DNA from: Burkholderiales bacterium | Lineage (GTDB): Bacteria; Pseudomonadota; Gammaproteobacteria; Burkholderiales; Burkholderiaceae_D | Assembly (NCBI GenBank): GCA_044445195.1 | Contig: JBIODP010000001.1 | Span: 1 to 39,816, forward strand | Reading direction: 5' to 3' | DNA length: 39,816 nucleotides | Shown: in pieces, positions 36,536-39,816 of the stretch | How positions within the stretch are numbered: the stretch's first letter is position 1 | Layout of the letters: each line of letters begins with the position of its first letter | Program-made: the position numbers and the translations under genes | Notes under the pieces: model-generated | What the model was told of the DNA's origin: nothing | The model's input: the letters and a program-made list of their open reading frames with translations, nothing else | The model's database searches: none

Positions 36536-37234
36536 CTACTTCGATGTCAGCACTAACCGGTATCCTACTGCCGTTTCAGTTTGAAGGTATTTCGGTTGAG
36601 CAGGATCGTCTTCCAGTTTTCGCCTCAGATGGCCCATGTAGACGCGTAAGTAATGGCCGCTTTCGGAGTGCGATGGGCCCCATACTGAACGCAACAATTG
36701 CGGATTGGTCACTACGCGCCCGGCATTATTCAGCAAGACGGTCAGCAAGCGATACTCCGTTGGCGTCAAATGCACCGGTTGGCCGGATTTGGTAATCGAC
36801 CTTTCGCTCAACTCAATCTTGACATCGCCGAATTGAATGATGCCGTTTTCGTTGACGGCCGGCTGTTGTCGCCGTAACGTGGCGCGTACGCGCGCCAGCA
36901 GCTCGCCGGAGCCGAATGGCTTGGTAAGGTAGTCGTCGGCTCCGGCATCGAGCGCATTGATCTTGTCTGCTTCATTTACCCTTGCCGACAGCACGATAAT
37001 CGGCACCGCCGACCATTCCCGCAGATCGCGGATGAAGTCAATTCCATCGCCGTCCGGCAGGCCAAGGTCGAGGATGATCAAGGAAGGCTTGCGGGTTCCC
37101 GCTTCGATCAGGCCGCGCTTCATCGACTCCGCTTCAAAGATTTGCCACCCTTCCGCCTCCAGGGCAACCCGGACGAAACGCCGGATTTGCGGTTCGTCTT
37201 CGATCAGCAGCGCAATCGGCGCGAAGTCACTCAT
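36536..37234 (-). CDS. kdpE: OmpR-family response regulator KdpE
   Basis: Receiver (LLIEDEP...ILDLGLPDGDG...KPF) plus a winged-helix C-terminus (LTPTEYRLL...GYRL). 4-nt overlap with kdpD. Confidence 0.9.
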   Translation of the reverse strand: MSDFAPIALLIEDEPQIRRFVRVALEAEGWQIFEAESMKRGLIEAGTRKPSLIILDLGLPDGDGIDFIRDLREWSAVPIIVLSARVNEADKINALDAGADDYLTKPFGSGELLARVRATLRRQQPAVNENGIIQFGDVKIELSERSITKSGQPVHLTPTEYRLLTVLLNNAGRVVTNPQLLRSVWGPSHSESGHYLRVYMGHLRRKLEDDPAQPKYLQTETAVGYRLVLTSK

Positions 37235-39816
37235 GTGGTCTCCTGAAGGATAATTGCATCGCTTGCCTCCATGTCTGGCATGGCAGGAGGCGTGCCGAGC
37301 GGCAAGGTAAAAATGATCGAGGCGCCGCCTTCCGGCGATTTCCCTGCTCGAATGGCGCCTCCATGCGCCTCAATGATCGCACGGCAAATCGCCAGCCCAA
37401 GGCCGACTCCGGTGGTTGCCGATTCACGCTCGCCACGGGTAAATTTCTCGAAGATGGCTTCTTCCATGCCAACCGGAAGCCCTGGGCCATTATCAAAAAC
37501 CGATACCTCCAGGTAGCGCCCGCTCACTTCCGCCGCAATCACAACGCGCGAGCCGGGCGGCGTATATTTGGCAGCGTTTTCCAGTAGATTGCACAACACC
37601 CGCTCTATCAACATGGCATCGAAATACACCAGCGGTAAATCGGGGGGAAGCCGGGTTTCGGTCAGATGCTGCGCAAGCTGCATCTGGCTGACGCGCAAGG
37701 CGCTGCCAACCACTTCTTCGAAGGGCTGCCATTGGCGGTTGAGGTGAACCTCCCCGCTCTGGATGCGCGCCATGTCCAGCAGATTGGTCACCAGCGCGCT
37801 CATGCGCAGTATTTCGCCTCGCAAAGCTTCCGCCAATTCCTTTTGCTGCGCAGCCAGCGGCGGCTGCGCAGTGGTCAGCGATTCGGCCAGGCCGATCAGC
37901 GCGGTCAATGGCGTGCGGAGGTCATGCGACAAAGTGGCGAGCAGGGAATTACGCAGGCGTTCCGATTCCATGTGGATCAGCGCATTTTGCGCGACTTCGA
38001 TGTAATGCACGCGCTCCAATGCGATTGCCGCTAACGCCGCGAAGGTATCGAGTTGCTGCCTTTGTTCCGGTACTTGTATCCAGCGGCGACTTTCCGGCTG
38101 AATTGCCAGCAAGCCTCGCGTGCGCATCGGCGCCACCAGCGGCAGATAGAAGCACTTACTGGCTGGCAGGGTATCGGTGCCTATGCCGGCCGCCGTTGCA
38201 TGGTCGAACGCCCATTGTGCGATACCCATGTCCAGCAAGTCCGCATTTTGGATTTTGCCGCTGCTTTCCGTGGGGGGCTGCAGCCGGCCATTGTCGTCCG
38301 GCAGCAGCAGCGTAGCCGTGGCGTGGAAGGCGCGGCCGATGACATCGCGCGTAGTTTCGAATATTTGGTCGGTTTGCAAGGCGCCGGACAGTTCGCGCGC
38401 AAACTCGTACAGGGCGCGTGAGCGCGATTCGCGATGCTGGGCAATGCGGGCCTGAAAGCGCAGGTTTGAGGTTAAATAACCGATAATCATGCCGACCATC
38501 AGCATCACTGCAAACGTCACAATATATTGCAAGTTGGTGACGGCAAACGAGAACCGCGGCGGGACAAAAAAGAAGTCGAATGCCGCCACGCCCACTACTG
38601 TTGCGACGATCGACGGCCCGCTTCCGAACCGTATGGCGACCAATACAACCGTCAGCAAAAACAGCATGACGATATTGGCCAAATCGAAATAGGGTGACAA
38701 TGGGGTAGCAATCAACGCCGTCAGCAGGCTGGCCGCCACCGCAGCCAGATAGCGCCAGTGCACGGGCCAATCGCGCGACGTCGAATAATCGTTCTCGGCT
38801 AGCTCATGTTGAACCTTCTCCAGATCGGCCGAGTTTTCTGCTTCCGAAACTTCTTCCGAACTGGCGCGGCCGATTTCAACCAAATCGATGTCAGGCGCAA
38901 AATGGGCAATCCGTTTTAAGTGATCGACGCGCCATGGGCTGGCGGAACGGTCGCGCCCCAGAATTATTTTCGATAAATTCTGGCTGCGGGCATAGTCGAC
39001 AATCGCTTTTGCAATATCATTTCCCGACAGAACTGCCGTCTTGGCGCCGAGATCGCGAGCCAGCTTCAATGCCTTGAGGATACGTTCGCGCCGTGCCGAA
39101 GGCAGGCGTTGCAATTTAGGCGTTTCCACATACACCACATGCCAATCGGCATTCAAGTTGCTTGCCAACCGGGCCGCACTGCGAATGACATGTTGATTGT
39201 CCGGCCGCGGACCGATGCAGGCCAGCAAGGAAGTATCTGTCTTCCATACTGCGCTGATCGATTTTTCTATGCGATAAGCCTGCACATCGTCTTCGATACG
39301 GTCGGCGGTGCGTCGCAACGCCAGTTCGCGCAGCGCAATCAGATTTCCCTTGCGGAAAAAATTCTTGGAGGCGTGCTCTGCCTGCACCACCTGGTACACT
39401 TTCCCGGCCTTGAGGCGGGCCAGCAGTTCGTCTGCCGGAATGTCGACCAATACCACTTCATCGGCTGCGTCGAACACCGTGTCCGGTACCGTTTCCGACA
39501 CGCGAATTCCGGTAATTCCGCCAACCACATCGTTCAAACTATCCAGGTGCTGAACATTAACGGTGGTAAAGACGTCGATACCGTCATCCAGCAATTCCTG
39601 GACGTCTTGCCAGCGCTTCGGATGGCGCGACCCCGGTGCATTGGAGTGCGCCAATTCATCCATGAGGATCAATGTCGGATGACGCTTCAATGCCTCGTCG
39701 ATATCGAATTCGGAAATGGTCTTTCCGCGATACTCAATGGCTTTCGGCGGGAGAACATCGAGACCGTCGAGCAGAGAGGCGGTTTCAATGCGTCCATGGG
39801 TTTCGACCACGCCGAC
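37231..39816 (-). CDS. kdpD: Sensor histidine kinase KdpD; N-terminus lies outside the window
   Basis: - KdpD N-domain: VVETHGR...LILMDELAHSN...VNVQH.
- Usp-like region.
- Four TM helices.
- GAF-like region.
- HisKA: LATLSHDLRTPL.
- HATPase: NLLENAAKY...DNGPG...GVGLGLAI.

The reading frame stays open to the window edge. Confidence 0.92.
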   Translation of the reverse strand, partial: VGVVETHGRIETASLLDGLDVLPPKAIEYRGKTISEFDIDEALKRHPTLILMDELAHSNAPGSRHPKRWQDVQELLDDGIDVFTTVNVQHLDSLNDVVGGITGIRVSETVPDTVFDAADEVVLVDIPADELLARLKAGKVYQVVQAEHASKNFFRKGNLIALRELALRRTADRIEDDVQAYRIEKSISAVWKTDTSLLACIGPRPDNQHVIRSAARLASNLNADWHVVYVETPKLQRLPSARRERILKALKLARDLGAKTAVLSGNDIAKAIVDYARSQNLSKIILGRDRSASPWRVDHLKRIAHFAPDIDLVEIGRASSEEVSEAENSADLEKVQHELAENDYSTSRDWPVHWRYLAAVAASLLTALIATPLSPYFDLANIVMLFLLTVVLVAIRFGSGPSIVATVVGVAAFDFFFVPPRFSFAVTNLQYIVTFAVMLMVGMIIGYLTSNLRFQARIAQHRESRSRALYEFARELSGALQTDQIFETTRDVIGRAFHATATLLLPDDNGRLQPPTESSGKIQNADLLDMGIAQWAFDHATAAGIGTDTLPASKCFYLPLVAPMRTRGLLAIQPESRRWIQVPEQRQQLDTFAALAAIALERVHYIEVAQNALIHMESERLRNSLLATLSHDLRTPLTALIGLAESLTTAQPPLAAQQKELAEALRGEILRMSALVTNLLDMARIQSGEVHLNRQWQPFEEVVGSALRVSQMQLAQHLTETRLPPDLPLVYFDAMLIERVLCNLLENAAKYTPPGSRVVIAAEVSGRYLEVSVFDNGPGLPVGMEEAIFEKFTRGERESATTGVGLGLAICRAIIEAHGGAIRAGKSPEGGASIIFTLPLGTPPAMPDMEASDAIILQETT

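Noticed and set aside
1-39816. CRISPR arrays, rRNA genes and large tandem repeats.
   Set aside because: I saw no regularly spaced direct repeats and no rRNA-like sequence. The only repeated units found are the duplicated tRNA-Gly, short hairpin arms, and the codon-level KP(E/D) repeats in the rnc tail.

Overview
The window looks like a betaproteobacterial-type chromosome segment. All calls come from reading the supplied translations and the DNA by eye, with no database searches.

**1-22.5 kb: housekeeping backbone.** Gene order is the one known from E. coli and relatives:
- yceF(maf), divergent from yceD-rpmF-plsX-fabH-fabD-fabG-acpP-fabF
- a small membrane ORF
- the sigma-E module rpoE-rseA-rseB/mucB-degP/mucD
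- a glutaredoxin-like ORF
- lepA-lepB, a DUF4845 gene, rnc-era-recO-pdxJ-acpS, then uvrC-pgsA

Many junctions are 4-nt ATGA stop/start overlaps.

**22.5-24.7 kb: tRNA operon.** The conserved pgsA-linked Gly(GCC)-Cys(GCA)-Leu(UAA) operon is rearranged:
- tRNA-Gly is duplicated, with a terminator-like hairpin between the copies.
- An opposite-strand GT4 glycosyltransferase sits between tRNA-Cys and tRNA-Leu, bracketed by a 12-bp perfect inverted repeat.

**24.9-36.5 kb: accessory-looking region, partly AT-richer.**
- a 7TM-PAS-PAS-GGDEF(GSDEF)-EAL protein
- a run of small stress-type genes: lmo0937-like, a DUF4398 lipoprotein, DUF4398-OmpA, DUF1003-like, DUF3096, CsbD
- the most unusual item, a tight five-gene minus-strand chemosensory-like operon (31310-36464)

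**The chemosensory-like operon.** It encodes:
- a transmembrane receptor-CheA fusion kinase with no CheW-like domain
- a mini-MCP carrying only the receptor tip
- two CheX-like phosphatase paralogs that share a C-terminal GELE(L/F)F tail, one fused to a pseudo-receiver
- one canonical CheY

No CheW, CheR or CheB is present. The operon lies directly downstream of kdpE and kdpD; kdpD runs off the right edge.

I saw no CRISPR arrays, integrases or transposases.
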